Part shown: positions 10,911 through 20,676 of the stretch, piece by piece
How the letters are laid out: every line of letters begins with the position of its first letter
Position numbering within the stretch: position 1 is the stretch's first letter
Assembly (NCBI GenBank): GCA_019058295.1
Contig: JAHPZI010000001.1
Coordinates: 124,786 to 184,149, forward strand
Origin: Promethearchaeota archaeon
GTDB taxonomy: Archaea > Asgardarchaeota > Lokiarchaeia > Sigyniarchaeales > SOKP01
Reading direction: 5' to 3'
DNA: 59,364 nucleotides
Position numbers and translations under genes: made by a program
Notes under the pieces: generated by a model
Told to the model about the DNA's origin: nothing
Database searches by the model: none
Seen by the model: only the letters and a program-made list of their open reading frames with translations

Positions 10911-12476
10911 ATAAAATCTCGAAATTACTATTTCATAAATAAAAGATTAAGGAAATTTTCTATAATTAAAAATTTTAAGGGATTTACCACGATCTTTCAA
11001 GGCCTATTTAATATTTTAGATTTATACTTTAATGAGATTGATCTTTTTTACGATGCCATAAGTAAATATTTTAGAGAGAGAATTATTATTTTTATTGAAG
11101 GTATTTCCTCAGAAAAACGCGATTTAACAGAAGAATTTGAGTTAGTAACTTCTTTCCTTAAAAAAGAACTCATTAACTTAGGATTTGAACAAGAAGAATT
11201 TGAAAATATGTTTTCAGATCAGTTTTTAATAATAAGACGGAATGAAATTAAAGCATTGAATACACCAATAGAACGATTTGATAAAAAATTAGCTCCTATT
11301 ATTTATGAGATATTTTTAGAAAAAGTGGTAGACTATCTTGTGGATAAACCCTGTATTCCTATTATGTTAGAGTTGAAATCTAGACAATTTATTCCAATTG
11401 AATTTTTGATGGAATTACAAAATTTAAAGAGGGTATTTGATAAAGATCCGGATAAATTGGAAAATTTAAAAAAATATGTTCAAATTCGTGATAGAATAAT
11501 TAATAAATTTAGTGAAAATAAAGAAAAAATAGAAAAACTTGAAGATCTAGATAATCCTCAGGACAAGCTTCAATTAATATATTTAATCTATAGAATTATT
11601 GATTTTTTTCACTTACAGAAAATATTCGACTTTTCACACATTAAAAATTTTCTTAAAAACAACACTGAAGAATGGTTAGTGTCGATCCCTTTAATAACCT
11701 TAAAAAATCCTGATATATATTTTTGTGGAATTTATTTGGCTAACCGTTTGCTTGATATGGATATTGATATTAATATGGAGCAGGTTATCCATTTTTTATC
11801 AAACCTATATGAAGAAAATATTGACGAATTTGAAGCACCTCTTTTTGAAGCAACTGATAGATTATATTATTATCTTAAATCAACACAGATGAGTAATTAT
11901 AAATTATCTGACTTACAGATTAAGATGCTTTTTAAAACAGAACCAAGATTTTTCGAAAGCCATTTTTTGAAAAATTTAGAAACATCGCAATTAGTAGTAA
12001 TAATAAAAATTCTTAACCTTGTTGGATTTACTAAATTAGAACGAGAAATACAATCAATTACGGAAGAGATCGAGAGACGACTTACGCCTGAAGGAATAAT
12101 ACAGTATCGAGATGGATTTGTAACTTCAGAATCAACTTACTATGTTCTATTTTGTAATTATATGAAAAATTCTCTTGATAAATTAAAGGATTACGACCTT
12201 TTAGGTAACATAGTATCAAGGATTTATCGGAACCTAGAAATCCTTGATTTCACAATCGATACGAATTACGACCTCGTAAGCGAATTATTTTACTCAATAG
12301 AATCCTTGAAATTATTTAATTGTATAGAAACAAAGCAAATGATAATACATCTCGCTAAGTTTTTGTTTCCGCAAATTGTTGTTGATACAATATTAAAAAG
12401 TGAAGAAATTCCGCAAACAACCACGAGATTTAGACATTTAAAGGTAAATAGAATTACTGGAGAAACTATTTATTGA
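10911..12476 (+). CDS. hypothetical all-helical protein (start uncertain; first ATG at 11208)
   Basis: 422-aa ORF from ATG 11208, but the frame is open back to a TAA at 10905 with ~100 protein-like codons and only ATA/ATT as possible starts. Confidence 0.7.
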   Translation: MKSRNYYFINKRLRKFSIIKNFKGFTTIFQGLFNILDLYFNEIDLFYDAISKYFRERIIIFIEGISSEKRDLTEEFELVTSFLKKELINLGFEQEEFENMFSDQFLIIRRNEIKALNTPIERFDKKLAPIIYEIFLEKVVDYLVDKPCIPIMLELKSRQFIPIEFLMELQNLKRVFDKDPDKLENLKKYVQIRDRIINKFSENKEKIEKLEDLDNPQDKLQLIYLIYRIIDFFHLQKIFDFSHIKNFLKNNTEEWLVSIPLITLKNPDIYFCGIYLANRLLDMDIDINMEQVIHFLSNLYEENIDEFEAPLFEATDRLYYYLKSTQMSNYKLSDLQIKMLFKTEPRFFESHFLKNLETSQLVVIIKILNLVGFTKLEREIQSITEEIERRLTPEGIIQYRDGFVTSESTYYVLFCNYMKNSLDKLKDYDLLGNIVSRIYRNLEILDFTIDTNYDLVSELFYSIESLKLFNCIETKQMIIHLAKFLFPQIVVDTILKSEEIPQTTTRFRHLKVNRITGETIY

Positions 12477-12575
12477 TCATAGGTTAAATTAAAAGTATCA
12501 ATTTCTTTTTTTTCTTGTAGATCAAAATTTTAATTTAATCTTCAAAATAATTATAAGATAAACAAGACAATCAAT

Positions 12576-14066
12576 TTGATTTTTATGAATTTAGAAAATT
12601 TTGAATTAATTTATAAGGAAAATCGAGTTAAAATAAAAGATAAGGCAAAAATTAGAGCAAAACTAGGCGAAATTGTAGGTGATGAAAATGTTTCAGATAA
12701 GGAAATTGATATATTTGCCTACAATAAGGATACTACTCTTATAACATTAAATTGGACTCTCGAAGGCAAAATCGCCGCACAGCCAGATTTTATTGTATGG
12801 CCTGAGACTCCTGAACAGATCTCCTCTATTCTGAAATTAGCGAATGAAGAAAAGATTCCCGTGATTCCATTTTCAGAAGGTTCTGGAGTTGTTGGAGGGG
12901 CAATACCTATCTATGGCGGAATTATTCTCGACATGAAGAAATTTAATAAAATTTTAGAAATTAATGATAAAGATTTAACTGTTACAGTAGAGACCGGTAC
13001 AAACGGTATGAATTTAGAACGTTATTTAAATGCGAAGGGGTATACGGGAGGTCATATTCCTCAATCTCTTTATACTTCATCTGTAGGAGGATGGATAGCA
13101 CATAGAGCAGCAGGACAATTTTCCTCTAAATATGGTAAAATTGAGGATATAATAATGGGTATGGAATTAGTTTTGCCACAAGGAGATATCATAAAATTTA
13201 AGACTATTGCAAGAGCATCAACAGGTCCTCAACTTGATAAGCTATTCATAGGTAATGAAGGGACTCTGGGAATAATAACCAAAGCCACACTAAAAATTTG
13301 GCCCTATCCTGAAAAGAGAGGATTAATTTCATATGCATTCCCCACTTTTGAAGATTCATTAGAAGCAACTAGACAAATTTTGAGGCAACAAATATATCCC
13401 GCTGTTATTCGAATTTATGATGCTGATGAAACTAATAGGCACTTTGGTCATATAGAAAAAGCTAAGGATAAAGTTATGGTTGTTTTTGTCTGTGAAGGTA
13501 TTGAAAGACTAGTCGATCTTGAAGAGACGATTACGAGAGAGACATGTAAAAAAAATAATGGGATCGATTGTGGAGAGGAACCTGTAGAGCACTGGTTTGA
13601 AACTAGATTCAAAGTAACAGAAACATCATCCACACCAACATTTAAAATTGTAGCTGATACTATTGAGATTGGATTTTTATGGGATAAAGCGGCAGATATG
13701 TATCATTCTGTCATAGAAACTACAAAAAAAATTCAAGGCGTCATGATGATAACGGCTCATGTTTCTCATTTTTATCCTAATGGAGTGGGATTTTATTTTA
13801 CTTTTGCTGGAATCCCTCCAAAAGAAAAAACTGATTTTGAGTTTTATCAAGAGATTTGGAATTGCATTATTAAAACAGTGGAAGATGCCGGTGGATCGTT
13901 TGGTCATCATCACGGCGTGGGAATCAACAGATCTAAGTGGATGGAACGTGAATGGGGAAAATCGTTTGATACTTTAAAGAGCATAAAGAAATTACTTGAC
14001 CCTAATAACATTTTAAATCCCGGGAAAATTTATGAAAGTGTCTGGAAAGAAGGAGGGGAGAACTAA
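12576..14066 (+). CDS. FAD-linked oxidoreductase, alkyl-DHAP synthase (AGPS)/GlcD-like
   Basis: GHIPQSLYTSSVGGWIAHRAAGQFSSKYGKIED, GNEGTLGII, GHHHGVG and DPNNILNPGK. ATG at 12585 is an alternative start. Confidence 0.85.
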   Translation: MIFMNLENFELIYKENRVKIKDKAKIRAKLGEIVGDENVSDKEIDIFAYNKDTTLITLNWTLEGKIAAQPDFIVWPETPEQISSILKLANEEKIPVIPFSEGSGVVGGAIPIYGGIILDMKKFNKILEINDKDLTVTVETGTNGMNLERYLNAKGYTGGHIPQSLYTSSVGGWIAHRAAGQFSSKYGKIEDIIMGMELVLPQGDIIKFKTIARASTGPQLDKLFIGNEGTLGIITKATLKIWPYPEKRGLISYAFPTFEDSLEATRQILRQQIYPAVIRIYDADETNRHFGHIEKAKDKVMVVFVCEGIERLVDLEETITRETCKKNNGIDCGEEPVEHWFETRFKVTETSSTPTFKIVADTIEIGFLWDKAADMYHSVIETTKKIQGVMMITAHVSHFYPNGVGFYFTFAGIPPKEKTDFEFYQEIWNCIIKTVEDAGGSFGHHHGVGINRSKWMEREWGKSFDTLKSIKKLLDPNNILNPGKIYESVWKEGGEN

Positions 14067-15335
14067 ATGAGTGATATTTTAGACAAGTATAAATGGATGG
14101 GGCCTATCATCCAAAAAATGGATCGCGACACCAAAAGAGTATTTATGAAAAACTTCAGAATGCGAGATAAGAATTTTTTTCCCGAAGGCGATTATAAAGC
14201 TGATGTAAAGAACTTGGTAAATTGTATGCTTTGTCCAAATATGTGCCGATTTGACTGCGGAACTCTTCAAGCAGCGAAATCTGAAACCATTAGTCCGGCT
14301 TATAAGGCAAGAATCGGCTATTATCTCACAATTGGGAAAATTGATCCGTTGGATCCCTCAAACAAAGAATTCATTGATTTAATGTATAAATGCTCAAATG
14401 AGGAGTCTTGTAAAGTATGGTGCCCCTTTGAGTTTTCTGTTGTTTCTTTACTTGAAACTGTTCGTGATGATCTCAATGATAAAGGTGTTATGCCGGATTA
14501 CTGTAAGGAGCAAATAAAAAAATTAAAAGAGACAAACACCATAGAGGATCATAATATTTATGAAACTTATAAGGAAAAAGGAATAGAAAATATTGAAACT
14601 GATGGTAATGATGATGTCTATTATTATATCGGTTGTGAATCAATGAAATTTCCTGAAGTTATAAAAGCTAACATTAAAATTTTAAAAAAAGCGGGTGTAA
14701 AATTCTCAACAAATTTAGAAAAAAAGGGATGCTGTGGAGGACCTGCGTTTAACATCAGGGATTTAAAAATAGCAAAAGAGCTTGCTAATAAAAATAAAGA
14801 ATTAATAGAGAACACTGGAGCGAGAATTGTTGTATCAGATTGTCCTGGTTGTATAGAAACCTTAAGGAATCGATACCAAAAAGTAGGGATCGAAATTGAT
14901 GTTAAATTTATTCATATAGTCCAATATATTAAAGACCTTATCGATAACGGAAAAATAAAATTAGAAAGAGAAATCCCTGATGAATATAAAAAAGTAACCA
15001 TTCACGATCCCTGTTTACTTGCCAGAAATTTGAATGATACTGAGTCTATTAGAGCAATTTTAAATAAGATGCCTGGTATTGAAAATATTGACCCGATATA
15101 TAATAAACAATTTACCCATTGTTGTGGTTGGAGTGGTACAGTTCATTGGGCAGATAAAAATATAGCAATCAAAGAAGCTACAAATAGAATTAATGAATTG
15201 AAAGAAACTGGAGCAGTTGTGTTCATTTCCGCATGTCCTGAATGTGAATTAGGTTTAGCATATGGAATCAGTGAAAAGGATAAAGAAAAGATTAAAATAA
15301 TAGATATCTCTGAATTATTAATGAAAGTTATTTAA
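14067..15335 (+). CDS. Fe-S oxidoreductase with CCG domains (GlpC/HdrD-like)
   Basis: CMLCPNMC...C, CCGG...CPGC, HDPC, CCG...ACPEC. Confidence 0.88.
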   Translation: MSDILDKYKWMGPIIQKMDRDTKRVFMKNFRMRDKNFFPEGDYKADVKNLVNCMLCPNMCRFDCGTLQAAKSETISPAYKARIGYYLTIGKIDPLDPSNKEFIDLMYKCSNEESCKVWCPFEFSVVSLLETVRDDLNDKGVMPDYCKEQIKKLKETNTIEDHNIYETYKEKGIENIETDGNDDVYYYIGCESMKFPEVIKANIKILKKAGVKFSTNLEKKGCCGGPAFNIRDLKIAKELANKNKELIENTGARIVVSDCPGCIETLRNRYQKVGIEIDVKFIHIVQYIKDLIDNGKIKLEREIPDEYKKVTIHDPCLLARNLNDTESIRAILNKMPGIENIDPIYNKQFTHCCGWSGTVHWADKNIAIKEATNRINELKETGAVVFISACPECELGLAYGISEKDKEKIKIIDISELLMKVI

Positions 15336-15389
15336 ATTAAGAAATTGAAAAAAAAAACTATAAAAAATTATGTTTCTGAAGTGAATAAT

Positions 15390-16850
15390 ATGAGCGAACT
15401 CTTATGTGTTTTTGATGTTGGAACAACAGGGGCAAGAACCATTATATTTGACATTAATGGTAAAGAAATTATAAGAGCTTATGAGGAGTATCCGATTGAA
15501 AAGCAGCCAGTTGGTATTTCTGAACAAAATCCAATAATATGGTGGAATACGGTTAAAAACACTTGTAATACAGCAGTAAAAAAGATAAATCCAGATGATA
15601 TTATTGGAATATGTGCTTCTTTCCAACGAGCAACTGCAGGTCTTATTGATAAAAATGGAGAAGTTTTACATCCTGCGCTCACATGGATGGATGAGAGAGA
15701 AGTAATTGATACATCAAAGTATCATGAAGAATTAAGAAGAACTGTTCCTAAACTTTTATGGTTCAAAACCAAAAAACCCGATTTATATAATCAAACTTTT
15801 AAAATTTTTTTCCCAGATACTTACATATACATGAAATTGTGCGGGAAAGATTTATGTGTTACTGACCCTACAAATGGTATTTGGGGGATTATGAATATGG
15901 AAACTTTAGATTGGGATGAAAAGCTTGCTGAATCATATGGTTTGCCCGTAGATTTATGGCCAGAGCTTCATACACCTGGAAAAATCATTGGTGAATTATC
16001 AAGCGAAGCTGCAGGAAATTTAGGGCTTAAGAGTAATATCCCTGTAATTCTAGGGGGAGGAGACCAACAATGTGCTGCCTTAGGTTTAGGAGTTGTTGAA
16101 AAAGGACAAGCAAAAGTAACAACAGGAACAGGAACATTTGTCGATTATGTTACAGGCGATGCTCCAGCAAAACCAGCTGGTGATGTTCCCATATTCCCAC
16201 TACCACATGTTATTAAAGGAAAATGGATTCTTGAAGCTTCAATGCCCGGTACAGGAACTGCATTAAAATGGTTCAAGGATAATTTTTCACAATTACAAAC
16301 AAAAACATGTGAAGAAAAAAATCTCAATGTTTATGCTGAATTAACTAAAGAAGCAGAAAAAATTTCTCCTGGAAGTGAAGGATTACTGTTTGTACCATTA
16401 TATATTTTCAGAAAAGGAACAATTCATGGTCTGGGTTGGAATCATACCAGAGCGCATATGATTCGTGCTATAATGGAATCAGCAGCTCTTAGTGCGCAAA
16501 TGTATATGGGAATGTTAGAAGCTATTGGGGGTGCTAAAGTCTCTGAGTTAAAGTCAGACGGTGGTGCAATGAATAGTGATTTATGGGCCCAGATCCTCGC
16601 GGATGTTATGTCCAAAAAAATAGTTGTTCCAGAGAATAAAGATGGTGCGGCTTTAGGTGCGGCTATTTTAGGATTTTGCGGATGCAAAAAATATAATAAT
16701 GTAAATGATGCCATAGAAAAAATGGTTAGATTCGAAAAAGAATTCAATCCCATAAAAGCAAATACAAAAATTTACAAAAAGCTTAATAGATTATTTATGC
16801 CTACAGTATTAAATATTTTTGAGAGTAAACGCGTAACTAAAGACCTATAA
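15390..16850 (+). CDS. FGGY-family carbohydrate kinase (xylulose/glycerol kinase-like)
   Basis: FDVGTTGAR, GGGDQQCAALG, TGTG and DGGAMNS. ATG 15390 preferred over TTG 15345 because of GAAGTGA 6 nt upstream. Confidence 0.9.
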   Translation: MSELLCVFDVGTTGARTIIFDINGKEIIRAYEEYPIEKQPVGISEQNPIIWWNTVKNTCNTAVKKINPDDIIGICASFQRATAGLIDKNGEVLHPALTWMDEREVIDTSKYHEELRRTVPKLLWFKTKKPDLYNQTFKIFFPDTYIYMKLCGKDLCVTDPTNGIWGIMNMETLDWDEKLAESYGLPVDLWPELHTPGKIIGELSSEAAGNLGLKSNIPVILGGGDQQCAALGLGVVEKGQAKVTTGTGTFVDYVTGDAPAKPAGDVPIFPLPHVIKGKWILEASMPGTGTALKWFKDNFSQLQTKTCEEKNLNVYAELTKEAEKISPGSEGLLFVPLYIFRKGTIHGLGWNHTRAHMIRAIMESAALSAQMYMGMLEAIGGAKVSELKSDGGAMNSDLWAQILADVMSKKIVVPENKDGAALGAAILGFCGCKKYNNVNDAIEKMVRFEKEFNPIKANTKIYKKLNRLFMPTVLNIFESKRVTKDL

Positions 16851-16960
16851 AATCTTTTTTTTTCCTAATTTTTACGCCATTAATTAATTTCGAAAAGTAT
16901 TTTTTGAATCTTTTATTGTAAAAACTATAAGTTAATATAATAAAATTATTCTGCAAAAAT

Positions 16961-17794
16961 TTGCCATATTTTAGGAACGTCGAGGGTTACAATCTCTATT
17001 ACGAGGAGTGGAATCCCGATTCAAAGAATGGCATAATAATTCTACTCCATGGTTTTGCGTCATCTGCTTCATTTTTTAAAAAGCAGATTAAAGTTTTAAA
17101 AAAAAATTACAGAATAATTGCTTTTGATGCTTTAGGGCATGGAAGAAGTGAGCATCCAAAAGATCTAAATCTAAACCTAAATAAAAATTTAAGGGATGAT
17201 ACTATAAGGGATTTGGAGGATCTTTTAAAGTATTTAGATGTAAAAGAAAAATATGGAATAATAGGTCATTCCCTTGTTGGCGGGATGATTGCACAATTAA
17301 TCTGCATGAAAGATCCCGAAAGGATTAAGTTTCTCATCTTATTAAATTCAGGCTACATAATGATTGACAATGTAATTCGAAATATATTTTATAATTTGCT
17401 TCCATATTTTATTCGCATGAATTTTTTAGATGTTGTTGCCAATTCAATTGAGGATATCTTAGATAAAACAATTCCATATATTATGACAGCATTATCAAAT
17501 TTTATTTTAAACTCAAAATTAACTAAGGATGAGCTGTATATGCGCATTGAGAGTCAAATCTTTAAAATGATTACGGAAATAAAAGAATATGATCCTTCAG
17601 AGATAAGATGTCCTACATTAATTATAGGAGGGCGTTTAGATAATTTTGCACCAGAACAAATGTCTGAAGAGTTGCATAAAAAGATTCCTAATTCCGAGTT
17701 ACAAATTATTGATATGGCAGGTCATTTCGCTCCCGCTCAACGAAAAGAGGTAGTTAACGGATTAATATGTGATTTTATTGGAAAAGTGAAGTGA
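16961..17794 (+). CDS. alpha/beta hydrolase
   Basis: LLHGF, DALGHGRS, GHSLVGG nucleophile elbow, PTLIIGG.LD and AGHF; TTG start. Confidence 0.88.
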   Translation: MPYFRNVEGYNLYYEEWNPDSKNGIIILLHGFASSASFFKKQIKVLKKNYRIIAFDALGHGRSEHPKDLNLNLNKNLRDDTIRDLEDLLKYLDVKEKYGIIGHSLVGGMIAQLICMKDPERIKFLILLNSGYIMIDNVIRNIFYNLLPYFIRMNFLDVVANSIEDILDKTIPYIMTALSNFILNSKLTKDELYMRIESQIFKMITEIKEYDPSEIRCPTLIIGGRLDNFAPEQMSEELHKKIPNSELQIIDMAGHFAPAQRKEVVNGLICDFIGKVK

Positions 17795-17838
17795 TTATTA
17801 CATATTAGTTTATTAACTATTACAGGATTGATTTTAAA

Positions 17839-18207
17839 ATGAGCTTAGATATGAATGATAATGAAGTAACTCTCTCATTTTTTAAAAATGAAGTAAAACA
17901 ATTTGTTAAAGAGCGTAATTGGAAAAAGTATCATACTATTAAAAATTTAATTCAAGCGTTACAAATTGAAGCCGCAGAATTATCTGAACTATTTTTATTT
18001 AAGGAATTATCAGTTAATGAAGTTCTATCGAATAAAGAACTTTTAGAAAATGTATCAGGTGAAATAGCTGATGTCTTTATTTATCTTTTAAGTTTAGTAA
18101 ATGAATTAGATCTTGATTTAACGAATAGTTTCGTCAATAAAATGAAGAAAAATCGACAAAAGTATCCAACAAAAGAGTTTAATAACGGTAATTATTATAA
18201 AAAGTGA
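17839..18207 (+). CDS. MazG-like all-alpha dNTP pyrophosphatase (dCTPase-like)
   Basis: ERNWKKYH, EAAELSELF, EIADVFIYL and KMKKNRQKYP. Confidence 0.9.
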   Translation: MSLDMNDNEVTLSFFKNEVKQFVKERNWKKYHTIKNLIQALQIEAAELSELFLFKELSVNEVLSNKELLENVSGEIADVFIYLLSLVNELDLDLTNSFVNKMKKNRQKYPTKEFNNGNYYKK

Positions 18208-18278
18208 ATTGATCATTGTTATGTTTATTTTAAAGTTAATAATTTGATTTTTATTTTTTTTTTAATAGGTGTTAAATT

Positions 18279-19256
18279 ATGGCTGGAGAGAATTTGGAAG
18301 AAATTATAAAAAAACAATTTGGTAATACAATCAAGGAGACGAATTTTCCTGCTTTAGGAGAATTATACAAAGGTAAGGTCAGAGACAATTATATGAAAGA
18401 GGACATCAGAATTATAATTGCTACAGATAGAATATCCTCCTTTGACAGAGTTATTACAACAATACCATTCAAAGGGCAAATGTTAAATCAAATTTCAGCG
18501 TTTTGGTTTAAAAAAACAAAGAATATTGCTAAAAACCATTTAATTGACATTCCAGATCCCAATGTATCAGTAGTTCGACAGTGTGAGACAATTCCAGTTG
18601 AGATGATAGTAAGAGCTTACATTACAGGAACTATGTGGCGCAATTACCAAAAAGAAATTCCAACATCAGGAATTTTACTACAAAAAGGGTTGCAAAAGAA
18701 TCAAAAATTTGATGAGTTTATCCTCACACCTTCAACTAAAGCTGCGAGTGGACATGATATCTATTTGCCTAAAGAAGAAATAATCAAGGAGAATATGGTC
18801 TCTAAGGAGACATATGAAGAGATGGAAGAGGCAGCAACTAAATTATTTACATTTGGCCAAGATTATTGTAAGAAGCATGGACTTATTCTAGTAGATACAA
18901 AATATGAATTTGGGATCTATAATGATGAGTTAATTGTTATAGATGAAATTCACACTCAAGATTCATCACGATTTTGGATTTCTGATACGTACGACGAAAA
19001 ATTTGAAAAAGGAGAAGACCCTGATATTCTTGATAAAGAGATATTCCGTGGATGGCTTATGGAAACCTATCCAGATATTTTTCCAAATATTTCGCAAGAA
19101 CAAGAAATTCCTCCCATAGCAGACGATATCAGAATCGAGGTTGCTAAAAGATATATGAGAAGTTATAAAAAAATAACAGGTCAAGAATTCAAACCAGAAG
19201 TATCAAATGTATTTCAGAGAATTCAAGAAAATTTGAAAAAGGCTAAATATTTATAG
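18279..19256 (+). CDS. purC: SAICAR synthetase
   Basis: YKGKVRD, TDRISSFD, LVDTKYEFG, DEIHTQDSSRFW. Confidence 0.95.
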   Translation: MAGENLEEIIKKQFGNTIKETNFPALGELYKGKVRDNYMKEDIRIIIATDRISSFDRVITTIPFKGQMLNQISAFWFKKTKNIAKNHLIDIPDPNVSVVRQCETIPVEMIVRAYITGTMWRNYQKEIPTSGILLQKGLQKNQKFDEFILTPSTKAASGHDIYLPKEEIIKENMVSKETYEEMEEAATKLFTFGQDYCKKHGLILVDTKYEFGIYNDELIVIDEIHTQDSSRFWISDTYDEKFEKGEDPDILDKEIFRGWLMETYPDIFPNISQEQEIPPIADDIRIEVAKRYMRSYKKITGQEFKPEVSNVFQRIQENLKKAKYL

Positions 19257-19302
19257 AAATTAAGAAAAGATTTAAATTAAAAAAAAAAATTTTTTTCTCA
19301 TA

Positions 19303-19506
19303 ATGATTATTGTAATTTTATTAGTTCTTAGTTTTGTATTATTCTTCCTATCCTTTGTATTTATTTTAATTGATGTTTTGTTTTGGGGGAAAAACAAGGA
19401 AGGTTCAAAAAAGGAGGGTATAAGTAAATTAAGTGGATATAGCTTTGGAATAGGGCTCTTAGCATTGTCAGTGCTCATGTTTATTGGCACAATTTTAAGC
19501 ATTTAA
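19303..19506 (+). CDS. small two-TM membrane protein
   Basis: 67 aa with two hydrophobic segments separated by a Lys-rich loop. Confidence 0.6.
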   Translation: MIIVILLVLSFVLFFLSFVFILIDVLFWGKNKEGSKKEGISKLSGYSFGIGLLALSVLMFIGTILSI

Positions 19507-19680
19507 ATTGGTAGAAATTAATATTTTGACCGAAAAAAAGAAATAATAATGTCTATTTTCTTTATTTTCTTTTTATGTAAATATTTTAAAATATAAACTA
19601 TTTTGTCGGTTTTTATTTATTGTATATTATTTTTAAGTTAATAAGAATTATATTAAATATATCTAACTTCTTATTTCATA

Positions 19681-19953
19681 ATGGATCACCAAGAATATAT
19701 AGTGGAAGTCGTCTTAGAAAACAAACCAGCAGCCAGAGATCCAGTTGGAGAGACCATTCAAAAGGACTTACTTGCTAAGAAGGGTTACAACATGGTTTCA
19801 AACGTCCGGAGTGGTCAATATTTGAGAATTAACATAAGTGCTGCTAATGAGAATGAAGCTAAGGAAATAGTCGATAAAATGTGTAATGATCTCAGGATTT
19901 TCAATCCGGTCACTCAAAATTTAACAATTTTAAAAGTAACCCAAAAGAATTAG
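19681..19953 (+). CDS. purS: FGAM synthase subunit PurS
   Basis: RDPVGETI and FNPVTQ; first gene of purSQL. Confidence 0.9.
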   Translation: MDHQEYIVEVVLENKPAARDPVGETIQKDLLAKKGYNMVSNVRSGQYLRINISAANENEAKEIVDKMCNDLRIFNPVTQNLTILKVTQKN

Positions 19954-19959
19954 AAAAAC

Positions 19960-20676
19960 ATGACTATTAAAATAGCTGTGATTCAATTTCCGGGGTCTAA
20001 CTGCGATTTAGACACTTTATATGTGTTGAATAATGTAATTAGTAACGGTATTGAAGCAGAGTTAATATGGCATAACCACTTTAAAGAAGCGCAATTTGAT
20101 GGTGTTGTATTACCTGGTGGTTTTTCTTTCGGAGATTATTTAAGATCAGGAATTATCGCTGCTCATAGTCCTGCTTTAGATGAAGCTAGAATCATGTTAA
20201 AGGGCGGAAAACCAATAATTGGGATTTGCAATGGGTTTCAAATATTAGCTGAAGCGCAATTCCTTCCGGGTGCTTTATTACGAAACGATTCTCTTAAGTT
20301 CATTTGTAAGTGGGTTAATATCAAGGTGGAAAACAATAAAACAGCATTTACAAGTAAAATGAATATTGGGGATGTGTTAGCAATACCTATTGCACATGGA
20401 GAAGGAAGATATTACACGGATAAATTAAAAGAATTGGAAGAAAATAATCAAATTGTATTTAGATATAGTACTGAAAACGGAGAGCTTACAGAACAGGCAA
20501 ATCCAAATGGTTCATTGGAAAGTATAGCTGGAGTATGTAATCTTGAGCAAAACTGTTTAGGATTGATGCCACATCCAGAACGTGCATCAGAACCGATATT
20601 AAGTCCAAAGCAAACAATGCACGGAAGACTTTTTTTTGAATCGATGGTTGAATTTATAAAAAGGAGGGTTTCTTAA
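19960..20676 (+). CDS. purQ: FGAM synthase glutaminase subunit PurQ
   Basis: FPGSNCD, PGGFSFGDYLR, GICNGFQIL, AHGEG and MPHPER. Confidence 0.97.
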   Translation: MTIKIAVIQFPGSNCDLDTLYVLNNVISNGIEAELIWHNHFKEAQFDGVVLPGGFSFGDYLRSGIIAAHSPALDEARIMLKGGKPIIGICNGFQILAEAQFLPGALLRNDSLKFICKWVNIKVENNKTAFTSKMNIGDVLAIPIAHGEGRYYTDKLKELEENNQIVFRYSTENGELTEQANPNGSLESIAGVCNLEQNCLGLMPHPERASEPILSPKQTMHGRLFFESMVEFIKRRVS

